Source of the DNA: Sphyrna mokarran
Taxonomy: Eukaryota
Assembly (NCBI GenBank): GCA_024679065.1
Contig: JAGIQG010000014.1
Location: forward strand, 43,896,001 to 43,960,000
Length of the DNA stretch: 64,000 bases
Reading direction: 5' to 3'
The position numbers and the translations under genes are program-made. The notes beneath the pieces were generated by a model, which saw only the letters and a list, made by a program, of their open reading frames with translations, was not told the origin of the DNA and searched no databases. This document shows positions 34,430 through 48,499 of the stretch, piece after piece (the stretch's first letter is position 1; each line of letters begins with the position of its first letter).

Positions 34430-36850
34430 TATATTTATTTCAATTTTCTGGACCTTTGTCTTTGGCATCTTGACCCATCCACAATTGCCCGAGGTAGTGG
34501 TGGTAACCTGCCTCCTTGAAATGCAGTTAGTGTTTTCCAGAATTTGGACTCAGTGACAGCAAAGAAGCCATAGTATAGTTTCAACTCAGATGCAAGTACT
34601 TTGAAAGGAAACTTCAGGTAGTGGTGTTTCCATGTATTTAATGCCCTTGACATTCTAAGAGTTATGAGTTTGGAAGGTAGTGCATTGGTAAATTGATGCA
34701 GTGTGCATCTTGCAAATAGTATATACTGCTGCCACTGAATGCCTGTGGAGCAGAACGTGAACGTTTAAGGTGGTGAATGATGTGCCGATCAAGTGGACTA
34801 TTTTCACAATGAACATCTTTGTGTAGTTGGAATTGCATTCATCCTGCCAAGTTAAGAGTATTCCATTCCCTGCCTGACTTCTAGATGATGGACAAACGTT
34901 GGGGTGTCAGGTGGTGAGTTACTCAGTGCAGAATTTCCAGCACTGTCTTATAGTCTTTGTGTGTTGATGTAGTTAAGATTCAGGTCTATGGTAACTCTTA
35001 AGATGTTGATGGTAGAAGACTTAGTGTCAACAATGCCATTGAATGCAAAGGGGAGATGGTTAAATTTTCCTCTTGTTCAAAATGTTTATTGCTTAGGACT
35101 TGTGTGGTTAAATGTTACTTGCTCTTTATCAACCCAAATCATAATGCTGTCCAGATCTTGCTGCACATGAGCATACGCTATATTATCAAACAAAGTTACA
35201 AATGATGCTAAATACTCCGACCTCTGGCCTTATGTTAAAGGGAAGATGGAGGACGAAGCAGCTGAAGATACTTGGACTTGGGATAACACCCTAACAAACT
35301 CCTGCAACTATGCCAGGCTGAGGTGACTGACCTCCAACAACCACAACTAAATTTCTATGTCAAGTTGACTGCAACTAGCGAACAACTCCCTCCATTTCCA
35401 TTTACTTCAAATTTACAATGGCTCCTTGATTCCAACTTCAATCAAATACTTTCCTTGATGTCCAGGCAGTCACTCTCAGGCCAGCTCTCCTGTACATTTT
35501 CGGACCAAGGCTGTAATGAGGTATGAGGTGAAGCAGAGTGATCCTAGCAAAACCTAAACTGAGCATTGGATATGTGTCACTTAATAACATTGTTGAGTAC
35601 ACCTTCCAAAACGTGCTGAATAAATTATTGAGTAATTGGCCAGATTGTGTGTCTTGTTTTTGAGAGCTCTGGGCAATTCTCTACTTTGAAAGGTAAATAG
35701 CAATGTTGTAGCTGTACTTGGACAACTTGGCTAAGGCCAAGTCTGGAGTACAAGGTTTCTGCATTATAACAGGGATGTTGTCACGATCCAAAGCCCTTCC
35801 TTTATCCATAATCTTCAGCTGTTTCTTATTACCACAAGGAGTTGAATTAGCTAAAACCTGTGATGGTGAAGACCTTGGCAGCCGAGGCTGCGTTGGTTCA
35901 CCAATTTGCATGGCTGGCTGAAGATGACTGTAAATAATTTAGTCTTCGCAATCATATGCTGAGCCCTGATGGGAATGTTCATGGAATCTTCTCCTCCTTT
36001 CATTTAATTGTTAACCAATCATAAATGGATACGGCAAGACTGCAGAACTTGATCCAGTCCATTGCAGTTGGCATCGTTTAGCTTGGTTTCTAATATGCTA
36101 ATTCCACTATTTAGCATGCATGTAATCCTGCATTATAGCTTCGCATTTTTAGATTTACTAGTTGCTGTTCTCTGGCATACTCTTCCACATTCCTCACTGA
36201 CCTAGGGATGATTCTTCTGGCTTACACAAGAGCAAAATACTGCAGATGCAATAATCTGAAATAAAATAGAAAATGGTAGAAATACGTAGCAGATCTGGCA
36301 GATCTGTGAAGACAGGAAGTGAGGAACAATGATTCAGGTCTATTTTAGGGTTGTGATCAAAAGGCAACAGATCTCTGTCTCCACAAATGCTGCCAGATTT
36401 GAGTATGTTTTGCATTTTCTGTTTTATGATCCCCTGGTTTGTTGGTAATGATAGTGAGAGGTATGTCAGATCACGAGGATACAGATTGCACACGAGTACA
36501 ATTTTGCTGCTCTTGCTAATCTAGTGTCTCATGACACATTTTGGGCTGCTGTACCTATTCTGAATTTATCCTGTACAGCATAGTGTCTCCATGATATTGT
36601 GCAGTGGTTATTCCTACCAACAGCCACAGATCAATGAACTTCAAACAGGAAGATGGATGAGAATGAGACCAAGATTGTTTTTCCTTTGTGCTGATTCTCT
36701 TGCTATCTGTTGCAGGTCCAGTCTAGCATTACTCCTCAAGACAGTAAGTGTTATTAAGCAACTCTTGGTGACAGACATTTAAGTCTGCTCTCAGAGGACA
36801 CTGTGCTTTCAGTGCTTCTTTCAAGTGATGGCCAACATGGAGAAGCACAA
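34430..36850 (-). mobile_element. Long decayed L2/CR1-superfamily LINE, same family as 4390-5380
   Basis: Reverse-complement similarity to 4390-5380 (GAAGCAGCTGAAGATA, TGCCATTGAATG..GGGAGATGGTTA). Confidence 0.7.
36228..36428. repeat. Palindromic (inverted-arm) element, Penelope pseudo-LTR-like
   Basis: Left arm AAAATAGAAAATGG..AGATCTGGCAGATCTGTGAAGACAG is the reverse complement of right arm CTGTCTCCACAAATGCTGCCAGATTT..CATTTTCTGTTTT. Other copies or halves lie at ~13005-13145 with 14270-14320, 21070-21130, 40215-40320, 62245-62405 and 62560-62955. Confidence 0.75.
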
Positions 36851-37600
36851 TGGCTGCTCCCTCCCAACCGTGTACCTACTGGATCTAATCACCAGATGGG
36901 ATGAAGAGTCAGGGACATTAGCTAAAATTTATGACTAAACTATAGAACAATTCTTCCAGATATTAACAAGAAGCAGAGTTGATTGGTCCGAGTGTGCCTT
37001 AATACATAAAATGCTGCGTGGTCAGTTCTGTTTTAATTTAGATTTTCTCAATGATTTGATAAAACTGACTGGCTTTCTTGGTTATTACAAACAGTTAACC
37101 ATCAACTACAACTGCTGTGGGTTTGGAATCATGCATAAAGATGAAGCAAGAATGGCAAATTTCTTTCCAGAAAGAACATCTCCTTAAAGACAATCCAGTA
37201 GTTTCATGGCTCCATAATCAGTAAGATTTGCAATTCCAGATTTATGTAATTAATTAAATTCAAGTTCTTATGGTGTTACGGTGGGACTTAATCATTTGTC
37301 TTCAGTGCATCACATCAAGACCATATTGATAGTCCAATGACATAATTACTATGTTAACATATCAGTAAATGATAAACATACAATTGCAATAATTATTTTT
37401 GATCAATTGATGAACATGAATTTGGCAGTTACTTTCTTTGTCTGAGTCCTCACATCAAACCAAAGTGAAAACTCTGCAGATTTTTCTTGTCTCATATAGA
37501 ATATGCTCTCTCCTAGTTAATGCATGGTTCATTTCTCAAACTGTAAAGAAATTGGTGTTCCCTGGAGATTACCATACGCCACAGCTCAGATGAAACTATT

Positions 37601-38432
37601 GGGCAGAATTTTACAGGAAAAATTATAAGTGTCCAGCTAGCGTGAAAATGAGTGTTACAGTTCTTGTTGGGCAAGTTTATCCCCCCCCCCACCCAGTCTT
37701 ATGCAGTGTATAAAAAAAGGGCTAGCCTGTTTCTAACTACGAGAGGCAGTAGGCAGGGCTTAATTCACCAGCCAACAGCAGAAGTAGCAATTGAGTATGT
37801 GCAGACCCCTGTAATTCAACAGCAGAGGCCAGACACAGAAAAGAGTACTGTCTGGGCTCTGCTGCTGGAACCAACCTAATCTATCCATCCACACTACCCC
37901 TCCTTCCCACCCCACGCATAACCAGGTATCACGGGGGCTTGCAGCCAATTGCACACCACCCCTCCCCACCACTGAGCTGTTACAATGTGCAGAAGGCACC
38001 TTCTCCCCAAATTTGGACTGCCACGGCTTGGCTCTGCCCTGTGCCCATGTACCCCATGCTCACACCAGTAGCAAGGTGCCCACAGGGCATCAAATCCTCG
38101 CCCTCAGTCTCCCAGGAGCCTCAATGATACTACCAGCAAGGGCAACACGACTGTTACCCATTCATGGGGAGTAGGTGTTTTCCTTGCCGGAGTGAACCAC
38201 TCCCAATGAAGCCATAAAGGCAAGTGAGCTCAGATAATTGAGCACTGGGCTCACTATACAGATGTCAATGAGCATTAAAATAAAATTAAATAATTTTTTC
38301 TACCATTCGCTGGAAATTCGGTACTGGTACGAGAGCCGAGACATCAGTGTGATCCTGATAGCTGGGCTCTCTTGCCATTTTACCAGTTTGTTCTGCCCAT
38401 CGATAGCAGGGCAAATGAGCAAAATTCCACCC
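37601..38432. mobile_element. Non-autonomous PIF/Harbinger-type DNA transposon (MITE)
   Basis: TIRs GGGCAGAATTTT ... AAAATTCCACCC (10/12 match), with the same 3-bp ATT on both flanks. Confidence 0.8.
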
Positions 38433-38975
38433 ATTATCTTTTTTCCTGCAGCTAGTCTAGCTAGGACCACATGATCCATTAAGTAGTTTTGCTTTACTAA
38501 TGCAACAGATCTACCAACCAAGTCTGGACTACCAAACATATTCCATGCAGAAATTATTTTGATTAGCCACTTGAAAATCAGGTCTGTATCCGTGCCTCTC
38601 CATGATTTTGCCCCATGAAAGATTGCCATTTTATTTTAATTAGCAATTTGCTGCTTCCAAACAAAGAAAGAAAATCAAAATCTGAATTGAACACCGGGTT
38701 CACTGAACAGATGTTAACAAACATTAGAATAAAATTAAATAATTTATTCAGCCTCTTGACGGAAATCCAGTTCTGGTAAGATCACACAGCAATACTGGAT
38801 TTCTACGCTCTTGCACAATTTTACCAGCTTGCTCCACCCATCAATGTCAGTTGGCTGATATCATTGGCTTTATGAAAGATTAGGACAAAAAATCTGGGAT
38901 TCCAAGATTTATTATAACGCGCATTGTGATTATTATAGCTGAAAAACTTTCGTACAGACATATACTAACACAAAC

Positions 38976-39161
38976 CTGTGGGGAATCTTCCACCAAAGAA
39001 GATGTTGAAAACATCTTCAGGTGTAATATCTGCTTCAAATTCTCTGTAATACTTTGAATAGTTGCCATAAGGGCTATGGACAGTTGGTGGTTGCTCTCCA
39101 TATTGATCATACTGTCTTCTTTTCTCTGGATTACTCAGTATAGCATACGCAGTTCCGATTG
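38976..39161 (-). CDS. DNAJC18: DNAJC18 exon 4 (186 nt): AIGTAYAILSNPEKRRQYDQYGE...FEADITPEDVFNIFFGGRFPT
   Basis: End of J-domain plus the FEADITPE..FFGG motif. Acceptor ttttag, donor CAG|GTTTGT. Confidence 0.96.
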
Positions 39162-39959
39162 CTAAAATAGACATCAGTAATTCTGGTTAGTAATACTGTC
39201 ATTCATACTTTGCTGTCAAAATATTGTCACAATGCTTGTGAGCATAACCTAAGAATTGTCAATTTAAACAGCAAAAAACGCATTAAGGCAACATAATTTA
39301 TTATTATGTAGATTAAAGGCATACGCTTCCAGTCAATTTCAGAACATAATTTCAATATTCTGAAGAGTTTTAATCAAGTAAAAAAGAAACTATTTTCGTT
39401 GGCAATAACCATAAGGCACAGATTCAACATAATTGGAAGAAAATAACCAGAGGAAAAATGTTAATACTTAGTGAGTTACAAGAATAACAAATGCCCTACT
39501 GAACAGGATAAACTACAATAAGAAGGAATTCGATTTTTAAATTGCAATGTTTTGAAGATCCAAGAAATGGTTTTGTGGCTCTAAGCTTTGGTATTAAATC
39601 TAGAAATAGCCTTATTAAAAACCAAAAGCTGTTCACTAAAAGTTTCAAGAAATCCAAACTTTTGGGAGAAGTGATTGATTCTGTTTGGGAAGAGAGAAGA
39701 CGACATACATTCAGAATAGAAAAAGTACCATTACAATGGGCCTTGATTCAGCAAACAAGAAACAAATTTACTTGAATTAAAAGTGGCATGCCAGTTATGA
39801 GAGCTTTTTAGGTTCTTAAGAAAATTGTATATTTTTGCACTTTTCTAAAGGATAATGATTTAAAAAAAGGAAATAACTTTAAAAATTAGCATTGAATTCC
39901 ACGTGCTTTCAGCGAAAGTGATGCATTTTGATAAAATAACAGTAATTATACTGGAATAA

Positions 39960-40800
39960 AATAAGCTTAGTGCTGTAGAAGAGCAGATGAAATTGGAGGT
40001 AAACAACCTTAAAGGTCACACCCTTAATTACAAGGGATGCAAAATAGAGACAATGGAGAGCTTACATAAAGCCTTGCTAAGACCTCAAGAGTACTGTGTG
40101 CATTATTGAACTCTTCCATACTTTAGGAAGAATACAAAAGCTTTAGAGCAAGTACAAAACAGATGTGTTAGGAAGCTTGTAATAAAAGGTCATTATCCTA
40201 AAAAGGTTATGACCTTTTATTACAACACTTCTGTTTTGTTTTTATGTTGCCAGACCAGATGAGTATTTCCAACATTTTTTTTTCATATTTCCAATATGTG
40301 CAGCATTTTGTTTTGTTTAACTGGCAGGCTATCTGGTCTATGACAAATGTACACAAAGATTGACAAACTGGACATTTATTCATCAAGCCAAACAGATTAG
40401 GATGAGAAGCAGTCTGCTTCTTTCTACAGATACAAGATTTGAAAAAATATATCTGTACTGCATTAGTAGTACAGAAAAGGATCACTTGACATTTCTTTGT
40501 TGAACAGCTTATGTTATGAAGAGAGTACAAAGTGGCTCTATATCTATTAGTTTAGAAGAATGAGAGACCATCATATTAAAAAGTAGAAGATCCCTGAAGG
40601 AATTTGATAGGGCGGGGAATACTAGAAGGATGTTTGTGGAGAAGACCAGAACTAGGGAACATGATTTAAGAATAAGAAGTCTTAAAGACTAAGATTGAGA
40701 GTTTTTTTTCGCTCAGAGGAACTCACTTCCCCACAAAACGCTGGAGACTGTGTCATTGAATGTATTTGAGGCTAACAAATTTTTGAGAGGAGTTATGAAA
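39960..40800 (+). mobile_element. Decayed CR1-type LINE RT end
   Basis: AAAGCCTTGCTAAGACCTC..GAGTACTGTGTGCA (LVRPxLEYCV-like) and AGAACTAGGGAACATGATTTAAGAATAAG. Confidence 0.7.
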
Positions 40801-43319
40801 ATGTAGTTGAAAATTCTGATTAACTAAATATCCAACATGTAGATAATTAGCATTATCTAATGTTTTAATATATGTGGTTTAACAATAATACAAAATATTT
40901 AAGTAACATCTTAATAATGTCTAAGAAATAAATTCGTAATATGCCAGTAAAAATGAAGGATATATTCATGAAAGATTTCAGTACAAAATCAGATACAAAT
41001 TATGCAACAATGTAAATTATCCAAGCCAGACGATAATACCTAAAGATAAAGGTGTCTTTTTGGTATTAGAACTAGTTTAAACTGGTTAAAAAATTGCTGA
41101 ATCATAAGAAGCCAATTTTGAGAGAGAACCTCAGTAAAACAGGCAGACAAATGACAGATCAATATTTGAAGGTGTCAAAATATGATTGATTGAAGGACAT
41201 GCCATTGTTAGACTGAGAACAGTGAATGAATGAAATTGCTTTTAATTAAGTGCTGGGCTTTATAATCTGATAATGAAAATCTATAACCAATTCTGCTCTT
41301 TGGCATGAAATCAGATCTTTTGAGAAAGCCTGTTAGCTCATTAGTTGTGTTGGTGAAACCATTGATCTCCCATTTTGGTCAAAATGAGATTTGTCTTGTC
41401 TTAATAGCATGCATGTCTGAATATTGTTAATTTGTAATGTTTTTGATTCTAACATTTCAATATTTTAATAAAACTAGTTTAACTGAAGAATTTCACTGAA
41501 CTGAATAAACTTTTTCTTTGCCTTTGTGAAATGAAATGTTTAATGAAAAGATTTAGTTTTTAAAGTAATCAGGCCATCTGAAAGAATTTCCCACAAAAGG
41601 AGTCAAGAGTTATGGGAGATGTTAATAAATCATACATGTTTAAAAATCTCAGTCATACAATGAAAGCTGCGTGAAAGCCACAGGTTTTGATTAAAGGAGA
41701 CCTAGATAAGAGTCAAGGGGCATTTAATTCACAATGTGCAGCTGCAACTCATGTTCGCTTATTAGAACAAGGAACATCAGAAAGGAAGGCTGGTATACCA
41801 TTGATCAGAGATAATACTATAATTTCATGATATAACGTGCACAAGTTTTAATTGGATACTATACTCTTACATGTGCATGACGTAATCTTAATAACCAAAT
41901 GGATAGAGATAACTTCTATACTTCTCTTGGTATACACTAATTAATTGAATTTGAAACTATAATTGCTTGCGTATTTCTGAATTCTACATTCTGATTGATC
42001 TGAATGGCTTAGTCCAAGTCCTTTAGCGCTACAGTTGTCAATGAATCATCTTGAAATCGCACCACGACTTTGTCTGGCACTTGAGGAGAACGGTAGTTTT
42101 AAATACAACAACAAAAACATTGTGACAGCCCTGTAACTGGAGACAGACAGAGAAGTAGAATTGAGACCATAACCAGATCAGCCATGATTTATTGAATGGC
42201 TGAGCATGCTCAAACAGGTGTATGGTCTACTCCTGCTCTTAAGTCCCACGTTTCAATGAAGGATAAGATTTAAAACAGGGCAGGAGAAACCTCTTTAAAC
42301 AAAATTTGAGGGGCTGTGGAAATCCCTCATATGGATAACAAAGGCAGCAAAAGCTGTTAACATCCAAGAACGGATTGGATAACTGATAGAAGGAAAAAGT
42401 GTAAAAGGGACTTGAGAACATGGAGATAAATGTGATCACAACTTTTTTTTGTGTGGAAGGGAATGGCCTAATTCTGTGCAGTAAATTCTATGTCTGCTCA
42501 TCCACTTGAGAGTTCTCTAGAAATTATGAAAGAGAAAAAGGTGGATATGTTGAGCATTCCGCTTTTTACAGAGCTAAGCTGCCCATCTAATGTCTAAGTA
42601 TGATTAGAAAAAAAACTAAGATAGTCAAGAAAATCAGTGAATTGGAGCCAAGACTGGTCCAGTTCTTACCGGTAGAGTACAGGCTAAACTGACTTTTTTA
42701 AAACTGCACTAGTCTCCAGGTGGTTCAGTTGTTCATGCCTGGTATACACTAATGCAACAATAAAGAGCAGCAAATCCCCCTCTAGGCCACCAAACACAGT
42801 TTTTTTGAAAAGCAAGCAACAGCGGTTTAATTTATTTCAAAGAAATTCTAGGCATCAATCTCTTGCTTTGCAAGAACAGTGCCAAAAAGCATTAAGCCAG
42901 GTACATATTCAACTGCACCTTAAAAATGAAAGCTCAAGTTGACTTCATTGATGAAATTTTCTCTCAAGGAAACTAAAACAAAACAGAGAAACAGAACTGA
43001 AAGTTGTATCTAGGCACTCTTGTGACACTGAGGGATCATCAAGTTCTGATCAAAGTGTATTGAAAAGAAATACAAAAATCACTGGAATTTTAACTAAAAC
43101 TCAGCAACCTACATGCACATGAAGTATACTGTGTTTGGCAATTTAGATATTAAAAACAATTTAAAATAAGCATTGTTAAGTTTCTAAAATTGCTAATGCT
43201 TTTCATTAAGATTTTGGCATTGTATCAGTTATTCAGATCCTTATCCATCATTTGATAACTTTTCTTAATTGATATTTCTTCTTGATTTTAACCGAAACAT
43301 TAAAGTTACAGCTTTGTAC

Positions 43320-43465
43320 CTTTAAATGCATCCGTTGCACCAGGGGCACAATTTTTATCAGGATGAAACTTTAATGCCAGCTTTCGATAGGACCTCTTTA
43401 AATCCTCTTCATCTGCATTTCTACCAACTCCCAGAATTTCATAGTAATTCTTACATCTTTTAATC
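43320..43465 (-). CDS. DNAJC18: DNAJC18 exon 3 (146 nt), J-domain: [48 protein letters not shown]
   Basis: HPD motif. KNCAPG is the DNAJC18 variant (DNAJB12/14 have KNHAPG). Acceptor tttgcag, donor AAG|GTACAA. Confidence 0.96.
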
Positions 43466-45428
43466 CTGCAAAGTATAACACATTATCTAATAAAGTATGA
43501 TCAGAAATAGACTATGATCTAGAAGAGTTTCAGAGGTGAGGTCAAGAGAAAGCATTAGAAGGACAGCAAAGATAGTCTTCCTTGTACATGTAAAATCTAT
43601 TTATTCATCACAAGTAGGCTTACATTAACACTTCAATGAAGTTACTGTGAAAATGTGTCTGTACTTTAAGGTACCTGATAATAGTGCTAGGAAGCAGCAC
43701 CTTTTGCATTCAATATCAACATTAAGCATTCCCACATCAGTTACAGTACAGCTAGACATGGATTAAACTAAATATCATGTAACTCCAAATTTAGGAAGTT
43801 CATAAATTTTTGATCAGGTAATATAGAAGATTTAAGTTAACACTTGGGTGCAGAATAAACTTTAAAATGTAACAGTACATCATGTAAATTGTCAAGATGT
43901 AACAAGTAACTTTGTTAACATTCACACATTGAATTTGTTCTCTGTTGGTGGAGTCATGGCCTTTCAACGTGGAATAACTAAGTAAATTTCAGTCCCTACA
44001 TTCTACTAATAACATTAAAGCAAACTGCAAAGTTAATGGTAATTAATAGCAACATTTGGATCCAAGAAAACGTTTAAAATTAGTATTATTTCCAGAAAGT
44101 GAATTCAAATTAAAATACAATCTTACTTTGCAAATTTCACTTCTGTTGCATTTTCCTATAAGATTATGCCCCTGCAGAAACGCATTGTCTATTATGATAC
44201 CATTGTCTATTATTAATTTAAGATATTTTATTTAAAAAGTCTTAGTTTTATGTAGTGACCTTCTCAAAATTAGGATGCCCACTGTGCTCTGCAGTCAATG
44301 AAATGCTTTTGAAATGTGGTCACTGTTGTGGTGTAAGGAAAACAGCAGCCAATTGCACCTGGTAAGACTCTATAAACAGCAATTTTGTTTGAGGGATAAA
44401 GGCTAGCTGGTTTCCCACAGGAATGGAAAGAGAATGAAAGGCAAGAAAATGAAGTTAGAGGAAGACATACATCATAGTATAAGCTTTTAAATTGGCTCAG
44501 AACAGCATTGGCTAAGACTTGGAAAAACGTTCAGGAATGGTTGAACCACGGTGTGATAAAACCAGAGGTGAAAGAAGAAATTTATCTTCAAAATGTAAAA
44601 TAAATCAATCATGAGCAGGAGTCAGTAACAGAAGAGATTAAAATAAAAGTTATATTACTGCCAAGGTTAGAGGTAACTAGGAGTGTTACAATTTTCTTTC
44701 TCTCAAGACTTAACTGTTTACAAGTCAAAGATTGCTTTTGTGATTTGGAGCTTCATATCAATCCGCAAAGGAAATAGAACCTTGAAATACTCTTTAAAAC
44801 AAACGTTTATTTTGAATTTATAAATGCGATAGTATATTCATTCCCTTTACTTCTGCTCTCCCAGCAATCTATTACCTGACATTCAATTTTGCCATTAATC
44901 TACCAACTAATCTACCAACTCCTGCTTTCAATTTCTCTATCTGCCAGTCAGCATTGTCCCACACCAATACAGTTGAGCTGGTGAGTATAAAGCAGAATTG
45001 GGGCCAACCGTACTGGTCACCTTTATACAAAAAGCTACCGGCACTTGAACACACTCAGTTACCTCATTACTATGAAGTAGATCAGATTTAGAAAAACAAC
45101 CAGGATGGGCCAAGCAGGTTTTAATGTAATTGTATAATGAGAGACTCTAAGGAGATTTTTTTTTCACTTTTAAAACATGCAGCAAACTCTTAATTTGATG
45201 TTTTTGCTCAAAATTTCAGTAATTCCAATTTAAGAATTTAAATGAAGCACAGAGGCATTTTTGCACATTTTCAATTTAAACAGGTAATTTAACATTCAGC
45301 AATTTTGAGTTGCAAATAGATTCTCTTGCACAGCAGCTCCACGTTGCATATATTTACACAAACTTAGCAGGATTGAATAAAAATGCACAACTAAAGGTGT
45401 TTGCACAATACATTTAGTATATTCTCAC

Positions 45429-45600
45429 CTCTGCACACCCTCCAGCTGTTCTTGAGTGTAACTCTTGGCAGCTTCATTGATTCCTGCTGGCATATTTCCA
45501 TTGACACACCCTTTCAATCTACTAGACTCGCTAGTAACATCATCTGCATCCCAGTGCCAACCAGTTGAACTTCCATTTCTAACTATTAATTCGATTAGTG
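45429..45600 (-). CDS. DNAJC18: DNAJC18 exon 2 (172 nt): ALIELIVRNGS...KSYTQEQLEGVQR
   Basis: Acceptor ttttag, donor AG|GTGAGA, open frame, conserved YTxEQLxGVQR before the J-domain. Confidence 0.93.
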
Positions 45601-45959
45601 CTAAAATTCAAGAATAAACACCAGAAAAAATTTTTTAAACATTGCATGTGGAAATAAAACTGCAAAAATATTTAATTTCTAGATTCAAGTTAGCTCAATT
45701 TTAAAGTTTTTTTAAGAAAACAAAGAACTCAATTTTAGCTATAATTTTATCTACAAGTATTTATAATTCAAAATGTATTAAAATGAGAACAAAATTGTTG
45801 CATTTCAAAAATATTCATAGATGAATAACTGAACAACTTAATATAAACTGTTGAAATCTGGGACAACACAATTTACTGATGCTTTAAAATAATAAATGTT
45901 TATTTGCATACATCTAAATAATGCAGAGTGCCCAATAATTTTTTTAACATCATAAAATT

Positions 45960-46520
45960 CCACATTACAAACTGGTTGTCTTTGAGGAATGAAGGAATGG
46001 GGATGCAGAGTATTTCTTATTTAGGGAGAAATTGGGAAGTGTTGATCTCCAAAAGAACCTTCGCGCCCTTTTCCATAAGTCACTGAAAGCTAACAGCAAG
46101 CAATTAGGAAGGCCAGTGATGCATTGCCTTTAGAGCAAGAGGATTTCAGTGCAGGAATAAAGATGCCATCCTTTAATTTTACAGGACCTTGGTTAGAATG
46201 CACCTAGAGTATTGATCCTCTTAACTAAGAAAGGATAAATTATAGAGAGAATGCAACGAAGGTTCACCAGACTAATTTGTGTCCACGAGGTGAGATAAAG
46301 AGGACTGGATCTGCAATCTTTAAGAATTCAGAAGACTGCAATGTAAACTCATTGAAATTTACAAAATTCTTAAGGAGCAAAAAACAAGAAATACAGAAAG
46401 GATGTTTCTTCAGGCTGCAGGATGAAGAACCTGGGGACAGTCTCAAAATAGGGCAAGCCATTTAGGACTGAGATGAGGAGGGATTTCTTAATTCAAGTTT
46501 AGCGAATCTTTGAAATTCTA
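45960..46520 (+). mobile_element. Decayed CR1-type LINE RT fragment
   Basis: ACCTTGGTTAGAATGCACCTAGAGTATTG (LVRxHLEY) and CATTTAGGACTGAGATGAGGAG. Confidence 0.75.
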
Positions 46521-48499
46521 ACTGACAAGAAGGGAGATCCCAAAATGCAGGATAAATAAAGTTAAATAAACCAAACACAAAAGCCAAAAGCAACTCTAAA
46601 GCAGAAAGGGGTGAAATTGAAACACAGAATAAAATGAAATTAAAATATAAGTGCTGGGCTGCTCCACTGCATCCAAAGGGGTCCCTTCTTCAGACAACTG
46701 GGAGCCAGCCGCCAGAAGTAGGGTTAAGTTTGAGGGGCTGTCTGGAGGTGGGCCTTCTCCAACCATCACATTGATCTTCCTTTATTTTTTGCCTTCAGTT
46801 TCTGGGCCTGTACTTGAATGTTACGAATCCCTTTTCTACACAAGTTGGCAGACAAAGGAATCTGGACACAGCAAGCCACACTTCTTAAAATCACTGCTCA
46901 AAATATAAAATAAAATCTAAAAGCACAATAGAGAATGGGTTGGACTATCTGAGAGGACACAAAGCTGACTTGCTAAAAGTGAGTAGCCCATTTTAGTGCC
47001 AAAATGACTTCATTGTTTGAGATGGCTTTCTCACTTGTGTCAGTATCACAGAGGTTAGCAGTTCTATAATCTGATGAAGAGCTCACAATTAAAATTTTTT
47101 TAAGGAAAAACAAGCATGTCAAACCTCTGGCCTATAAAAACGCAGATCTGGCTATATAGACAAACTTGTTTTTGCCAGTTTTACGGCCTGGATATGGTTC
47201 AAGAGCAAGGTGACAGAAGGAAATTGCCATCATTTAAAACTAATCCTCACACAAGACTGTCAATCTCCATCCTAATTCCAAAACTCTACTTCTTACATTG
47301 CAAAACTTAAAACTACGTAATTGTATTCTTAACCTCCAATCCAAACATAAAACTGGTTCAATTCAAAGCTTGCATGCCAATTTACAATTTAATCTGTCAA
47401 CTTTCTCAGTGAAATATCCCAAAACCATCACAAAGCAAGGAGCAAAATCTAAGCAGGGAAAGAGGAGTGTTGTAAAAATTGTGCATAAACAAGAGGAAAT
47501 GGATAGAGTTAAAATAAGACCATCACATCCTCAAAATTATTTATAAGATATTCAGAACACCATATTCAAAATAATTACAGCCATAATCACAAACTTAAAA
47601 CAAAATAATCAGAGTTAAAGGAAGAGTTTCATAATCCTAAAGATACTTGCATGCTTTTATTGAAAAATATGACAATGCCAATGGTCAACGTGAATCAAAA
47701 GCATAGAAAGTTAATAGAGCTGCTCATAAGCTAGCCTCTTCCATGAAGTGAGTATTGCGTCTAAGGAAAGACACACAAAGATTGAGGAGCCTTAAATGCT
47801 GACAATGCAATATTTTTGAATGTGGATTTGTATTGGCACGTTGAACTCTCAAAAAAGCAGAAACTGATTGAACTGCAACAGCTGAATCTTGATATCCATA
47901 GTTTGAATGAATACTGAGCTAGTCTAACACTTCCAGAGGATGCAGGTCTCGAGCAGCTGTCAGGCACAGGAGACAAGGACAGTTCTGGAGTTGTGGACTT
48001 GCAGCGCCAATGAAAACTGCAAGAAAGAAGCTAAACTTCTGACTGAAGAGGAATTTAGCAGTAAAGAGAATTGGATTATGTCCAGTTTAAAATAGAGGGA
48101 AGCTGGAAGAAAAGGGGATGATTTGTGACTTGGGACATTGCAGAGTCAAGAGGAAGGGGTAAAACCACAGCAAAGAATGAAGACAGGTTTGATGCATCTT
48201 AATAGAAGTGTCCTGCTTTGGCTTGGGCAAAAATCTTGGCAATCTATAAATGAAGCACAAGTGATTCAGTGCTGTTTGCACTTTTATTTCCTACTCATTG
48301 GTATGCCCTGTTTGAGATCTGAGGGACTAATGATTCTCCAGTTTTAGTTGGAATTGGCAGTTCATTATCCTTCAAAAACTACTGTAGTAGTCCTGTTCTT
48401 TTGGCTGTTTGCACCCAGATTAAACGAGAAGCTGAGTGAGATAGACATGCAAGACTCTACTTTGTGATGATGGAACTGAGTGTGCTGAAGGTTTGTTTA

